From: Tubulanus polymorphus
Taxonomy: Eukaryota; Animalia; Nemertea
Assembly (NCBI RefSeq): GCF_964204645.1
Contig: NC_134026.1
Span: 12,237,950-12,301,949 of the forward strand
Direction of reading: 5' to 3'
Length of the DNA: 64,000 bases
The notes below the pieces were generated by a model that made no database searches, was not told the DNA's origin, and saw only the letters and a program-made list of their open reading frames with translations. A program made the translations under genes and the position numbers. Shown here one piece after another: positions 9,424 through 23,440 of the stretch (the first letter of the stretch is position 1; each line of letters opens with the position of its first letter).

Positions 9424-10624
9424 GGGAAGTTCTCATTTTCGATTATTCAAATTGACCATTTTAGTAACTTCCAGAGTATTTGCCAGGAATGAAACATTCA
9501 TGTTTATACAAGTCAAAAGTCACAAGTCACGAACTTGAGTACCCCTCGATACTAGTTGTCTGGATCTGCCCCTGACCACTTATTGATTAAGAAAGTTTAG
9601 AACTTATGATCTAATTGTTAGCTTTTGCATTTCAATCAGAGGAAATATTCTGCCGATTTTCTCGGTTTTCATCTCTCAGCACTGGAGCAGATTTTTCAGT
9701 GAAACCCTTTATTTTGGTCCATTTTTCATAAAGAAAACACCTACAGAATCAATGGAATGTTACTAGAAAAATTCTACGTTTTTAAATCATACTGAAGATA
9801 TATAAAAGATTTTTCTGAATTCGGCAACTTTGATACTATGAGATCAGGTGCATGGTCCAGATACTGTAAACACCATAAACAAAACTCGCTGGAATCATTG
9901 GTTGGATGTGACCTACACAGAAATCTCAAGTGCTTTACCAACGGTTAAGGTGCATTCGAAAAAAATACTGTTGCAACAAACTACTTGATATCCCCCCAAT
10001 ATAAACACAGAATAATGTTTATTATGACCTTTTAGGTTAATGGGTTTTTCAATTATCGGTGCGACAAATGTCACAGTTGTCGCACCCGTGGCTGTGTCCC
10101 TGTGAATGATCTCAATTGTTGGTTCAGGGACTCAATACTTGCAACAAATCATGGGGATATCTGAAGCTTTTGTATGGTAGTATGATACAACTGATAATAT
10201 GATATAACTGGCTTCTTTAAATATTTGATGAGATGGCCAAAAGCAGTGTGACTAAGTATGATAAATTATTAAAGCCAAATAACATTTCTAATCACTCAAA
10301 GATATCACAATTAATGCAATATGGGCCTAACACTAACATCTATTAAAACTAATCCATTTGTTTTACATAGGCCTAACATGTAATTTCAATATTGAGTCAT
10401 TCATATGAATATAGAAATTTCATAAGTATATCCTCCCACAAACTGGCAGTTAATAAATACCACAAAGATATTTTGACATACAAATGTTACTAATAATTCG
10501 AACTTCTAGTATAACAGTTCAAATTCATGTTTTATTTGTAATATAAATTGTGACTTCCCTCGCATTAGGCAGTATAAGATCTTTTTTCCATGTGTTTCAT
10601 AATTTCACTTTTTTCACACTAAAC

Positions 10625-13600
10625 TGTAGCTGAAACTGTCATTACATCCCGCACCACCCAGTATTCAGGGATTCTTCTACTACTCCTATACAGATTGTAT
10701 ATAATTGTAGTGCAGAAGTAAGTTTGAATGATTGTTTGTTAAAAGGTCCTATTCTTTTGAATGATTTGGTTGCTATCCTACTACGTTTCAGGTTGCATCG
10801 ATATGCCTTTTCTTCAAACATCGAGAAGGCGTTCCTTCAGATAGTTCTGCCGGAAGAAGACAGAGATTTTGTCAGATTCCTGAGGCTCAAAGATCCTTCC
10901 GATGCAGAGGGTCCGTTGGAAGCCTATCGTTTTAGAGTGGTGTTGTTCGGTGCGAAGAGTTCACCGTTCATGCTCAATGCAACCTTGAAATTTCATTTGA
11001 ATCAATTTCAGGATGATGTCGCTAAAGATTTATCCGAAAATATTTACGTTGATAATGTGTTCAGTGGGTGTGATATTGATGGTTTGTTGAATTACTACAT
11101 TTGCTCCCGATCATTACTTTCTAGAGCAGGTTTTAACCTGCGGGAGTGGTCATCGAATTCGCCAGAATTAAATCGAAAATGTAAGACCGAAAATGTTTGC
11201 AGTGAAAAGCAAGAAGTCAAAGCATTAGGTCTGAAATGGAAATGTAATGATGATTCCCTCAAGTTAGCGGATTTCGTGAGTAGTTCTGATAACTGTTTAA
11301 TTACTAAACGTGAAGTTGTGAAGGATACCGCTAAAGTATTTGATCCGTTAGGTATCATTTCCCGTGTGTCTATCAAAGCTAAAATGCTCATACAAAAACT
11401 TTGGATTCGAAAATATGATTGGATGAACCGTTACCCGCTGATTTGAGAGATGAATGGTTTTCAATCTTAGCCAATTTACAAGAATCTGTAAATGAGATTT
11501 ATTTACACCGCCACTATTTTGATGTTGATTGCATTGTTGATAATGTTTGTCAGCTTTGTGTGTTTGCAGATACGAGCGACAAGGCTTACGGGTCTGTAGC
11601 ATATCTCTGTTGTGGAGAAAACACGTAATTTGTAATGGCTAAAAGTTGAGTGAGTCCAATCAAAAAACGGTCTATACCTGAAATGGAATTACTTGCAGCA
11701 TTGTTGGCCTCACGACTTGCTGTTTATGTGAAAAAATCTCTCAATCTAGAGTTAGTTGAAATTTGTCTTTGGTCAGACAGCCAGGTTGTGTTGAATTGGA
11801 TTAAATCAGCTAAATCATCTCCGATTTTTGTCGGAAATCGCATTTCTGAAATTCTGAAACTGTCTGATGCATCTATGTGGCGTTATGTTAAATCAGAACA
11901 TAATCCGGCTGACTTACTTACTCGTGGTTTGAGTTCTAGACAATTAGTGTGTTCTCAACTTTGGTGGTATGGCCCACAGTGGTTGGCCACACCCGCTTGG
12001 CCAGAAACCCATATTTGTAATCTTTCTGTTGCTAGTACTGAGAGTACTGATATGAGCAGTGATTCATCTTCGTCTGTATATACGTTATCTTGTAATTTAC
12101 CTGGCGTTCATAACATAATTGATGTAAATCGTTATAGTTCTCTTACAAAGTTGCTAAGAGTCACAGCACTCGTTAAGCGATGTGTTGACAAGTGTAAAGG
12201 CCGTGACGTCGTGAATGACTCTATCACAGTATCTGAGCTGGAGGAAGCTGAGCGCCTATGGGTAAGTTCGATTCAGAAAGAGTATTATCGCGATGTGTTC
12301 AGTGCTTTGTTGTTGAAAAAGCGAGAGCCTAGTATAATTCAACATCTCCGTCTATTTGTTGGTTCGGATGGCATGTTACGCTGTCGTGGGAGGCTGGATA
12401 ATGCAGACATCCCAGATAGCGCGAAGTTCCCTATCCTTTTGCCTAAGTTTCATCGTTATACTAAGCTTTTCATCCTGTATGTGCACTGTAGCAAAGTCAT
12501 GCATCAGGGAGTTAATGATACTGTAACGTACATCAGGCAGAGATACTGGATACCGGCAATACGTCAAAGAGTTCTGTCTGCATTGCGATCCTGTATTACG
12601 TGTAAATTACTGTCGGGTTTACCGTTTAAGTTACCGAGTTCAGCACCATTACAGTCGGTTAGAGTGAAAGAAGCACCGCCCTTTTCTGTCTGTGGTATCG
12701 ACTATACCGGTGCATTATATGTTATAAGTGGACGCGGTGACTCGAAAGTTTACATTCTATTAATTACGAGTGCGATTACCAGAGCTGTGCATTTAGAACT
12801 CGTAAATGATATGAAAACTGATACTTTTCTCCTAGCTTTCAGAAGTTTTATTGCTAGACGCTCTATACCGCGAGTGGCTATTTCTGATAATGCGGCATCC
12901 TTTGTATGTGCGTCAGAAATGCTGAGAGATTTGTTTGCGTCGGCACAAGTGAGAAATTTCATGACTTCCAAAGGTATAGAATGGAGGTTTATCCCTAAAA
13001 AAGCTCCATGGTTTGGAGGGTTTTATGAGCGGTTGGTCGGTGTCGTCAAATCGTGTCTCAAAAAATCTCTCGGCAAATCGAAATTAACATTTGATGAATT
13101 ACAAACATTAGTATTGAGTGCGAAAGTGTCATCAATGATCGCCCATTGACCTTTGTTTCAAGTTCGCTTGCAGATCCAGACTGCAGATTGCAGATTGCAG
13201 ACCTTTAACACCGTCTCATCTCATGCACGGACGTCGACTAACGCAGATGCCTCAATCCATCGTTGACGAAACTACCATCAGCGATCCAACATACGGCGCA
13301 TCCGAAATGCATAAACGACTTCAACGATTATCGCATGTTTTGTCGCAGTTTTGGCAAAGATGGCGGGATGAATATCTTGTCGCACTTCGAGAACGTCATC
13401 ATAAGTCGTCTGCCGGAAGTCAACAAGAGAAAATCCGCGTTGGAGACGTCGTTCTGATTCACGACGATATGCCGAGAATCAACTGGAAATTGGCAGTCGT
13501 AGAAAAATTAAACCGAGGGAACGACAACATAGTTCGTTCTGTTGCTCTAAGGACAGTTAAAGGTCGAACAAGTAGACCTATAAATAAATTGTATTATCTA

Positions 13601-13995
13601 GAAGTCAATTCTCCCGAGGAGAATAAATCGTGTAAATCTGTATCCATTCTTAGTGTTCGTGCGTTACCTCGGCGTGCCGCAGCTCTTAAAGCCTTACACT
13701 TAATTAAATCATTAACTAAGTGATTAATTGGGGGCCGGAGTATGTCGTGAATAAGATTATCAGTTATAGTGTATTATATTGTTATATCAAATTGTAGAAC
13801 TTCACACAATTGTCGAACTGCGTGAACTATTAGACTGTACTGAGCCTTTAACTGTAACTGTAACTATTCAACTGTATCAGTGCATTCCTCTGTAAATACG
13901 GAATAGAATTCTATAGTATGTGTCACATTAACAGAAAACCACGTAGGCGTTCGGTCATTCGTTCTCTATCTCTCTCTGCTTACCTCTCGAGGACA
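10625..13995 (+). mobile_element. BEL/Pao LTR retrotransposon, 5'-truncated and frameshifted, in TMEM127 intron 2 (antisense to the gene)
   Basis: RT (HYIPHHPV, LNDCLLKGP, FGAKSSPF, YVDN), Pao RNase H (VFADTS.KAYG, IPEMELLAA, WSDSQVV, NPADLLTRG), integrase (GIDYTG, ISDNA, APWFGGFYERLV) and DUF5641-like tail (FWQRWRDEYL). PPT TGGGGGCCGGAG precedes a TG LTR start at 13743; the LTR end is uncertain. Confidence 0.92.
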
Positions 13996-14114
13996 TAGCC
14001 TCAAGTTTGTCAACAATGCCAATTCTAAATGAAAATGTTGCTAATTCTATCAAAATAAGACTGATGGGACTCATTCTCCCCTCTGTTTACTGAATGATTG
14101 TATGAACTTGCTTA

Positions 14115-14416
14115 AGGCGGGCATAGGTCGGCCTTGCGACGGCTTGCGACGCGACTCACTACGACCGCAAGCGACGATCGCGTCGCAACGACTCACCGAC
14201 CTATGCTACCAGCAACTGCCAGCGACGCCAGTCGCAATGAGTCGCACATGTTCTACTTTCTGCAACGCGACGCGACCGTCGCAACCGACCTGCGTGCTGT
14301 TGCGTATGGCAGCAACTAATCGCACACAGTCGCTGACAACCGCATCGCAACCGACTTGCGCGGCCACTTGTGACGCAACGCGACGATCGCGTCGCAAGGT
14401 CGACCTACGCCCGGCT
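14115..14416. mobile_element. PIF/Harbinger-type MITE
   Basis: TIR AGGCGGGCATAGGTCG.CCTTGCGAC / GTCGCAAGGTCGACCTACGCCCGGCT, flanked by TTA on both sides; internal GCGAC/GTCGC repeats. Confidence 0.8.
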
Positions 14417-15769
14417 TTAGAGCTTTTTAAGTTTCACCATCCTATATACAATATAGCATTTGTTTTGAATTTCAACAATTAAGAGCAATTCGCAAAATAG
14501 AGGAAAAAATCAATGTTAAATGTGACTTGTGGGACATCCCGACTGCTTTATTTTGTGATGGCCATGTCATATTTGGGAGAAAACAGTGTCAAAATGCAGG
14601 CCACAAGGGCAAAATAGCTTATTAGGCTTTGTATTCTGCTGGGGGAATTCAGTAAAATTGCTTTCGCATCCTTTATAAATGAGTTGACAAGGGAGGATCC
14701 AAAAGAGGATTTTTTTAAGTTAGGAAAATATGAATTTACAAAAGGAAAAAAATTTGATGATACAATCAGAGGACCTTGAAATCTTTTGTGATTTCTGACA
14801 CTTAAGAGTGTTTACTTTCACATAGAAATGTCCTCCAAGAGAATCTAGTAACTTAGAATATTTACTGAAATGCACCACTCTGCTGGAATACTTGTTCAGA
14901 TGATTTTAATGTTTTAATGTTTCTATGAGCGCTAGTTTTGGGTCACCTAGGGCAAAGGCGAAATGAGAAGAAAATCGTTCGAAATCAACAGTTTGAGTAA
15001 AATTTAACGAAACTAACAAACTAGGCCTATAAACCATAAAGAGCCACCAGGCACTGATGATTGAAGTATTTTATAATTTTTCAGTACATGAATGTACTGT
15101 TATATGCCTTTGATTCCTAAAAAAATTACTTTAAGATAAATCAGCAATGCAATAACAATCCCTGTTACAGGCCTACAGATGGCAGCACTATACGGTCATT
15201 ATTATCAGATATTTTTGGAAACTACCTACCATTATAATCTTGAAGATATAAAGGAGTTATCCATATAAGTAAGAACGATAAATGATACCAATAAAACGAG
15301 AAAATAACAGAATTATGACTGTAAAACTGTAGATGTTGAGATTTTATCACGAAGCAGCGGCAAGCGAGTATACGTGTTGCGTAGATTCTCATCATGTGAT
15401 GGATTAGATTTCTCCGATAAAATCGTCAAAAAGCACTACGAAACCAATTCAACATATTGTTTTAAACATCTCAAAAAAATAAAACACTTGGAACCAAACA
15501 CTAGCGCCGCTAACAGCGGTGTTCAATATTAAAATCATCTGAATAGAAGTATTGACCAGAGGCACAACCTGAGCTCGAAGCTCACTGTCAGATCCAGCAG
15601 TGGCGGACTCCTGATAGGACCCAGAGGGGTCAAGGTCACCGAATCAGACCGAGTCCAACATCGACTTAATGTAGCGCAGAGATGGTGGGGCAGGGCGGGG
15701 GTCAAGATCATCGCTGCGGGAAGCGTTTGACCCTGCGCGGGATTACCCCATATCCACAAACTGCAAGCA

Positions 15770-16440
15770 GTTTGTAGAGAGTTACCTGCCTTAATTTATA
15801 CGAACAACGTTTATCATTATGGATCTGTGTGAATAGTGGTAAAGAGTGCTGGATATGTTCATTTACTTGTGCAATGACACAAGCAATCCGAATTGAAATT
15901 GTAACGAGTGCTACTACCGAAAAATTTTCAGAGATTCATCAATATCTAACTTTGAGGCATGTGGACTGGAAGTTTATAACTAAGTGTGCTCCTTGGCAGG
16001 TAGGCTTTGGGAACGGTTGTTCTGAAAAAAATTTACCTTAATAATGTATTAGTTGCAACATCAGTTTTATTTCATTATAATTATATACAGTTTTGACATA
16101 GATTGATTCTTGACTGAATGATCCACTAACTGTTTATATATCTTCAGAGATTGATGATGGTGAAGGATTCATCCATGATATTTGGTATTTGGCAGATGGA
16201 AATTGAGCAAACTATCTAAATTGTATATCAGTTTTCAGATATATCAGTTTTCAGGACATTCACTGGCATCAAGAGGATCTTACTTTACGCATATTTCATA
16301 GTCACAGGTGATAACAGAGATGTTAAATCAGGTTGTGTTGTCATCATCCACGCTAGTATCTATCATCACCTGATGACAGGTGCTAGCTTTATCATGGGTA
16401 TGCATCCACAATGGTCATACGCGCAGTCAAATAACTTGAA
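15770..16440 (+). pseudogene. Highly decayed BEL/Pao integrase remnant
   Basis: KECWICSFTCAMTQAIRIEIV and WKFITKCAPWQVGF resemble BEL integrase (LFTCAVTRAVHLE; WKFI...APWWGG). Confidence 0.65.
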
Positions 16441-16456
16441 TACACATTTTACATAC

Positions 16457-16627
16457 CAGTAAGTATATTTCCTAAAGCATTCCTTCTAATTATCTTTAGA
16501 GAGGGTGATGATGGTCCAAATAAATCTAGACTAAATGACAGAACGCTTGATATGATTCCAAGGAATGTCAGAGCGATTATGCTTCTCATGATGACAAGAA
16601 TTCTTGATGTCACACAGTTTCTCATCT
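16457..16627 (-). CDS. TMEM127: TMEM127 orthologue, middle coding exon (171 nt; absent from the ORF track)
   Basis: ccttttcAG|AG ATG AGA AAC TGT...CTT ACT G|GTATGT translates as EMRNCVTSRILVIMRSIIALTFLGIISSVLSFSLDLFGPSSPSLKIIRRNALGNILT. The phases join exons 1 and 3 in frame (258 aa total). Confidence 0.92.
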
Positions 16628-17132
16628 CTGAAAAGGGAAAAAATATTGAAATACTAGGGGGCCGGAGACACGCGTACTTGGTGAAATGGTTGAAAATCAG
16701 ACAATTTCAAGTCATGCCCCCTGTAAAGATACGGAAATCGTTGACCTTGAATCTTGCCACAATGATAATGTGTGTCATGAGCTATAATTATACAATCATG
16801 CAGTTCATTGTGGTTAAAAAATAGACATAGCTCAATATGGAAAATGCCACTAGGCCTACATGCAGTAGGGGATCCTTTGAAAATTAACGGCTACGAGAGG
16901 TTGCCAGAAATCTAAGGACAGACTGCTCCATTTAAGAATATGGACTATTGAAGGCCTAGACCTATAATCTGTCAGACATGGCAGTATCTGTGAACCCAAG
17001 GTACAATCAAGAGCTCCAGTGGTTTAAACAGGTATTTCCCTAATATCTCTGTCAGTTGATTTGGATCCTACTTTATTCAGAGATATGTGTGAACATGAAA
17101 TATAGTCATATCTGTGGCTTAAAATGTAGTTA

Positions 17133-17717
17133 ACCCTTTAACCGGCAATCGGTCACTAGCGACCGATTTGAATAGACCAGCTATAGTGAATAGGATAGTC
17201 AAGTATTCATTTCAGTGAAGCATTCTTACTCATTTTCCTGTGAGCAGATGGCGACACCAGACAGCCTACAATGTCTAACAAAGCAGGAAAGTGATGTATC
17301 ATACATGTAGTAGGGGGCGTAGAAATCACGTGTCACATGGGTCAGATTTCCGAAGTTGAAAAGATCGTTAGTAGTAATGGCCAATGCATTAAATACGTTC
17401 TCTAGTGAGTTTGGCTGATATTTTGGACATACTAATGAAAGATTCTGATGATAATTTGCATTGGGATGAATTTGATGACAGTGCTTGATTATGGATGGCC
17501 CTAAAATCTGAATGACCTTGGGATCTGCGACCTTGGGGTCGGACCCTAAAGGTAACCCCAAAAGTTCGCAAACTAGGTACCATTCGAAAGCTTATGAAAA
17601 GAGCTTTTATAAAATACATGCAATATGGGGTTATCCCTCATATCTACTGAGTTATCAGTTTTCCCCTTGTAAGGTCCAAAATCACTCACAGGCCAAAAAA
17701 TACTTGCCGGTTAAAGA
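17133..17717. mobile_element. piggyBac-like MITE (degenerate right end)
   Basis: TTAA-CCCTTTAACCGGCAA ... TTGCCGGTTAAAG. Confidence 0.5.
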
Positions 17718-18550
17718 TCAAGTGTAGCCCACGATAGTTGTGTTTTTAACGATAGATTATGTTACAGAAATACATAATAATCATTCTTGAGAGATCTTAG
17801 CTGTAATGAGTGATGGATTACTGAAATATAAGTGATTGAAAAGTGTAAATTTTCACATCACGTAGTTCGTCTGACACCCATGTAGATAAGTAGATGGCGC
17901 TGATGATGATGAAACAATAGGGGCTTCATGCTGAATTCAAGCAAGTGCGAATTTCTAGTTTCATGTTGATATACATGGCATTTAAAGTTTTAGTTATCCC
18001 CGTTTAGTTATCTTATATGACCGGCTTCACTGCATAGTACATTCATCAGCATCGTATGTCTCTAAGAGGCGTGGGAAACACTACTGATCATCTAAGTAGT
18101 CGTGTTTACCTTGCCGGTTAACCCACTGTACTGTAACCTTTTACCTTAAAGTTGTATCAAACTATCCATATCATCTTAACTACCAGTAACTTTGTGTTGA
18201 AGTTTTATCACAATCGAACAAAAGTTGAATCAATTTCAAATACTCTAATCCATGTTCAAATCTGTTATTACTGAAGGAATTTTTATCAAAAATAGATCTA
18301 CGTAAGCAGCAACTTCAAATTAAGAATACTATGACGAAAATGATATCAAACATATATGAAGTCTTTTTTATTTGTCATACTGTGTGATACTGGTGTGAGC
18401 CAGATATGTTCCCGTTATGATTATAAACAATTTTTGGAGCTTCATTTAACTCGGCCTTAAATTGAGCAATGCAGTCTGTAACTCAGCTCTATCAATACAT
18501 ATACAGACACACACACTTTACCTATACAATACTGCTGTTTGAATGCACAT

Positions 18551-19210
18551 TGGGCGATTCTCCCTGTGTTGAACAGGACACTTATATTAATTTTCATCTT
18601 AAATAACTACAAGACATCCTTTTAATTCAATGTGTTTTGGTACTTAGGTTCTTAGGGAGGTTGTCTATCATCAGGTAGCAAAAAGATTCTGATATCATAC
18701 ATTCAAGAAAAAATCATGCCATCCAAAAATCGTGTTGTACAGGTGGAGACAAACCAAGCATTTTCAGATGAAAAGTTTGAATGGAAGTTTCTGTTAAGTC
18801 GAATAGATATAAAGGCAATTATGCTTGTGCAGATGATGATACCCGTCATGTTGTACATTTTATCGTAAGAAAATGCACTTGTTTCAGTTTATCTAGAGTC
18901 ATGTAAGCTATATATTACCTTCAACTCTTTCAAACATCTATTTTCCAACGTTTAAAATGAAAATGTACAGTAAATAAGTACCCTTTGTAAGCTTGGATCA
19001 TCACTGTCCAGTACAACACTATCTTATAATAATAACATTTACTTCTGGTATGAAGGGCAGCAGATTCTATTTGCTACCTGAGGGTCTTTTTGCAGCCTGA
19101 TGATAGATAACATCTTTGAGTAGAGGTGGCAAAACTAATTGAAATATCTATTGCACTTTTTCAGCTGAAAAGTAGCACAAGTCGTGTTCAACACCAGGAG
19201 AATCTCATTG
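18551..19210. mobile_element. Old MITE with long imperfect TIRs
   Basis: GATTCTCCCTGTGTTGAACA...TCTATCATCAGG.AGCAAAAAGA is inverted relative to TCTTTTTGCAGCCTGATGATAGA...GTGTTCAACACCAGGAGAATC. Confidence 0.55.
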
Positions 19211-19967
19211 AATAAATGATCAGCAGGTCTAATAGAGCAAACCAGGTCACTGGTGCTAAGACATAGATCATTAATATTTTAAGTGGCCAGGGACAGTCGT
19301 GAAATTATAATTGGCAAGATTATTTCTTTTGTTTTACGAAATTAATCAATACCACTGATAAATAGGTCATTTTCATCAATTCACTGTGAGGCACATGTAC
19401 TAAATAGTATAAATTAGTCCTAAAAAGTAGAAATAAGTAAGGTATAAAAATGGGTCCAGTTAGTGTCTGTAAGCAGCTACATTATCTAACATCTTCCACC
19501 ATTAAATTGCAGGGTATGATTCATTGAAGTTGATTTAAAAGCCTTATCATATCAAGTGTTGTACAGGGCAAATGTTATACAGGACAAAATTATTTATTAG
19601 TGTGTAGATACCCCATGGTAACTGCCTATGTTTCTGCCTTCCTAGATTAAATGGTGTATTAGGACTCCTAAAATGACTCCTCACGGAGGCGTCCACATAT
19701 TTCAAATCAGTTAATAATGTATTTTGGAGAAGCGCCACCTAGAGGTCAACTTATACCATGAATATGATGACCAAATAGGCTACTATGTGCAAAATAGGCT
19801 ACTACGTACAAATAAACCAAGTTAAGCAAAAATAACTTCAAGGATAATGAAATTACAGTGTTTTTACCATTCCCAAGTGGCAATTGTAGGAACTAATTTT
19901 GCCGGTTGGCATACTATACTTACGTTCATATACTAACTATACTGGGTTTTGTGATTTCTTTAATAAA

Positions 19968-21892
19968 ACTAGGGATCCAGGAACACCATGCCACTTGGAA
20001 AGTGGTATCAAATGCTCAACAATCTAACAATTTCAATTTTCAACGCCCCTAGTAATCAAATACAAATGTGCCTAGATACCAATATAATATGGAGGTTATT
20101 CTACCATTCAACACCACCTGATGACCATATAAAATAACGAATATCCCTAAAACTCACCACAATCATAGATCATGTCATGCGCTACAACTTTGCAATTGAT
20201 TGTGGTAATAAAATATGCATAGGCACGAATATGATACAGAAATCATAGATCATGTCATGCGCTACAACTTTGCAATTGATTGTGGTAATAAAATATGCAT
20301 AGGCACGAATATGATACAGAAATACTAAGTTATTGTATTATTCAACGTCCTATGGTGGCCATATACCACTAGAATGTCGCTGAAGCAGAGTTGCCACTTA
20401 TGTGAAGCTAAAAATCCGGAAAATAAGTCGGGGGTCTGGGGACCTCCCCCTGAAAAATTTTTTGAAATTAGAACGCCAGGAGATGCGTTCTGGCGCAATA
20501 TGCGTTATAGGCCTTACTTTCATTACCACCTATAGATCATTTTTTCAAATAGCGATTGGTTCCGTCAAATACACCTCATATATAAACCAGAGCCAAAAAC
20601 AAACGAAGCGTCAGTCGATTTCGATCGTCGCGTCATCTTGGTTTAATCGTGTACTGCGGGGTTGTTGCCACTATGTGGCAGCACAATACGGCTTTTTCGA
20701 ACCCTCTACGGAGCCGTCACGTTTTGATGTTTAGGGTCGAATCCCAAATTGATTTTATTTTTTTCGCGATGTTTTCTTTTGTGGTTATTTGACTTCTCCA
20801 GAAAATCCGGAAATGAAATTGGATTTTTTTTAAATCCGGAATTCTGGAGAAATCCTGAGAAGTGGCAACTCTGCTGAAGACGACTGATGCCCCCAAATTA
20901 GGCGAAATGCCTGAATGTAAATTACACCCCGAGTGTATATCGACCTATTTCTGAAGGCAGGAAATGAAAAATACATAACAACTCCTGGTGACCATGACCT
21001 TTGACCTACAGGACCTGAAATGTAATCAGTTACTCACGGTCTTTAGGATAACCCATCCAAAAATTGTCACCAAATTATCTTAAACCACCTATGAGATATA
21101 GCCCGGAAATGAAAAATACATAACAGCTTCTAGTAACCTTGACCTTTGACCAACACGACCTGAAAACTAATCAGTTACCCACGGCCCCGAGGATAACCCA
21201 TCCATAGAATTTCAGTTAGTTTTCTTAAACTGTTTATGAGTTAGAGCCCGGAAATGAAATTCACAAAATGGAGCGTACTGTTTTATGACCTCCGAAGTCT
21301 CTGTCTGAAATCTCCGGTTGGCTCCACACAAAATCCGAATCACACCACCTCGACAGAAAGGAGGTTTCAGAGACTCCAAAAAGTCACGTGACCAATAAAA
21401 GAGTACGATTGGAGGCCAACGGATCTGATAAAAGAGTTCGCCCAAAATGGCTTCATGCGACCTTGACCTTACCCCTACAGGACCCAAAATCTAATCAGTT
21501 ACCAATGGTCCCTAGGACAACCCATCCATAGAATTTCCATAGAAGTTATCTTAAACCGTTTATGTGTTAGAGCCCGGAAAATAAATTCACAAAATGGCTT
21601 CCTGCAACCTTTACCTTGGATGTACAGGACCCAAAATCTAATCAGTTACTAACCGCATATAGTACAACACAACTGTTGAATTTGAAGAAAATCTTTCAAA
21701 GGGTTTAGCTGCTAGGGCACGGAAACCACTGCCAACAGACGGATGGACAGACAGACGACGAAGTGAATACAGTATGCCCCCCACAGTGCATTGGGGGGCA
21801 TAGAAACCAATGGCCTTCAAACTCACAATAATCATAGAACGCATTATGAGCTACCAATTGATTTTAGAAACAAAATGTGCTTTGGTATCAAT
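19968..21892 (+). mobile_element. HINE family A partial copy, interrupted by a HINE family B copy (20368-21802)
   Basis: Family A 5' end ACTAGGG.TCCAGG.ACACCATGCC.ACTTGG. Family B has GACCTTTGACC...TAATCAGTTAC subrepeats, a GACG/GACA microsatellite and a 3' hairpin TATGCCCCCC...GGGGGGCATA. An exact 80-bp tandem duplication lies at 20161-20320. Confidence 0.7.
20386..20873. mobile_element. hAT-like MITE with a 6-bp target site duplication
   Basis: TIR CAGAGTTGCCACTT / AAGTGGCAACTCTG; CTGAAG at 20380-20385 and 20874-20879. Confidence 0.8.
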
Positions 21893-22729
21893 AGGGTAAC
21901 TCATAGTAATTTCGGAAGACCATGTAATTTCGGAAGTTTTCTTCTACGGCCTCTCCGCGAATACCTATTCGGACTAGCTTAGGTTGGTATTTCCTGGGAA
22001 TCCCACGGAAATCCGTGCCGTTTTGATGACGTAGTACGCATTTCTTCCCGGCACACGAAATCAGCAAAGCAGGAAAAATCGGTGATGTAAGTACATTATT
22101 GATTGCCCATGTAAGTACGTTATTGATTGCCCAATTTTTACGGCATTTCGCGGCCAGTTGATATGTTAACACTCCCAAGAAGTTTGGAAGTAAAAAGTAG
22201 GAAGTAAAAAGTTTGTTTATAAAGATTCATTCGCTATTGGTAATACGGTCGTTGATGAAATATCAGCTATTTTTAGAAACTCGCTCCCATACACATAATT
22301 TCGGAAAATCGTATACCCGGTTATTCTGGCTAGTTCACGTAATTTCAGAAGTTCCGAAATTATGTATAGTTCGTATTTGTGTGTGTTTTCTCGGTAGTCT
22401 ATCATCAAACAGGCCTTCTTCTGAGATAATTGTCACAAATGTGCATACTAAAAACAAATGCAAATTAATTTATCATTTTAGCCATCATTTTAGCCTAGAG
22501 ACTAGGCCTATAACCTAGTCTCCATAACACAGTTATCAGTAAATGATATCTAGGCCTAAATTATGAAAATGCCATACTGAGACCAGGTTGTAACTACTAT
22601 CATGATATTTACAAAGGAAAATAATTAAGGCTTATTTATAAAAGAAAATGAATTATTTTTAAAAGTGTATCGGCGTTGGACAAAAGTGCAAATGGGTTCA
22701 GCATGGGATGTCAATATTATCGGCAGCTA

Positions 22730-22912
22730 TATGCATATGGCATTTGTGGTATTTAACACACACTCTTGGTTAGCTATCTTCTAAACAGAAAGTACCAGTT
22801 CGAAATGATGGGGTTTTATCCTCACAATCGGATGAGAAATTCATAAACAGTGGTGTGCCCCAAGGCTCCATTCTAGGTCCCCTTCTTTTTTGGTATGTAT
22901 AAATGACCTTCC
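22730..22912 (+). pseudogene. CR1/L2-type reverse transcriptase fragment
   Basis: Encodes SGVPQGSILGPLLF...INDLP. Confidence 0.7.
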
Positions 22913-23044
22913 TTATTCAAACTTCTGGTAGGTGGCATGAAACAAATATGTGCTACCTCCATTTAGTGAACACCTCTCTAAGTGAACAATTTCTTTGGAA
23001 CCTACAGAGAGGTTATACTGTAACACTCGTGAATGGAAAAGAGG

Positions 23045-23440
23045 TTCTTGCAAAATTTTGTACTTTTTGGCCAACCCAATAATTCTCTTGACGTGTATAC
23101 GTTTTGAAGCAATTCTACAATCACGGATTACTTCCTCAGGTTTTAACTGGCTTATGTCCTGTAAAAAGGTCAGGATATTGCAACGAAAATCAATCTAAGC
23201 AATTGATACAAAGGGAGGACGCTCCAAAATCTGACGATCAATAGTTGAACCAGCATCGCATTCACTAACGAAGGAAACGACTCCACGTGGAGATATTCCT
23301 ATCATCGATTTCAGAGTGTTTTCGTTTTTGTAAGAGGAAAATGTGGCAGATAAAGCCACTACATAACTTGTTTTATTTTTAGGTATTTCTGTTGCATCAA
23401 GCACAACTCTGAAAATCAATGAATTTTATCCATGGTGCAA
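23045..23440 (-). pseudogene. Harbinger/ISL2EU-type (DDE_Tnp_4) transposase remnant
   Basis: RVVLDATEI...TFSSYKNENTLKSMIGISPRGVVSFVSEC.AGS..DRQI, then IASKRIHVKRIIG.AKKYKILQ. Confidence 0.8.

Noticed and set aside
14102-14482. GC-rich overlapping ORFs
   Set aside because: They fall within a Harbinger-type MITE made of GCGAC repeats and show no protein motifs.
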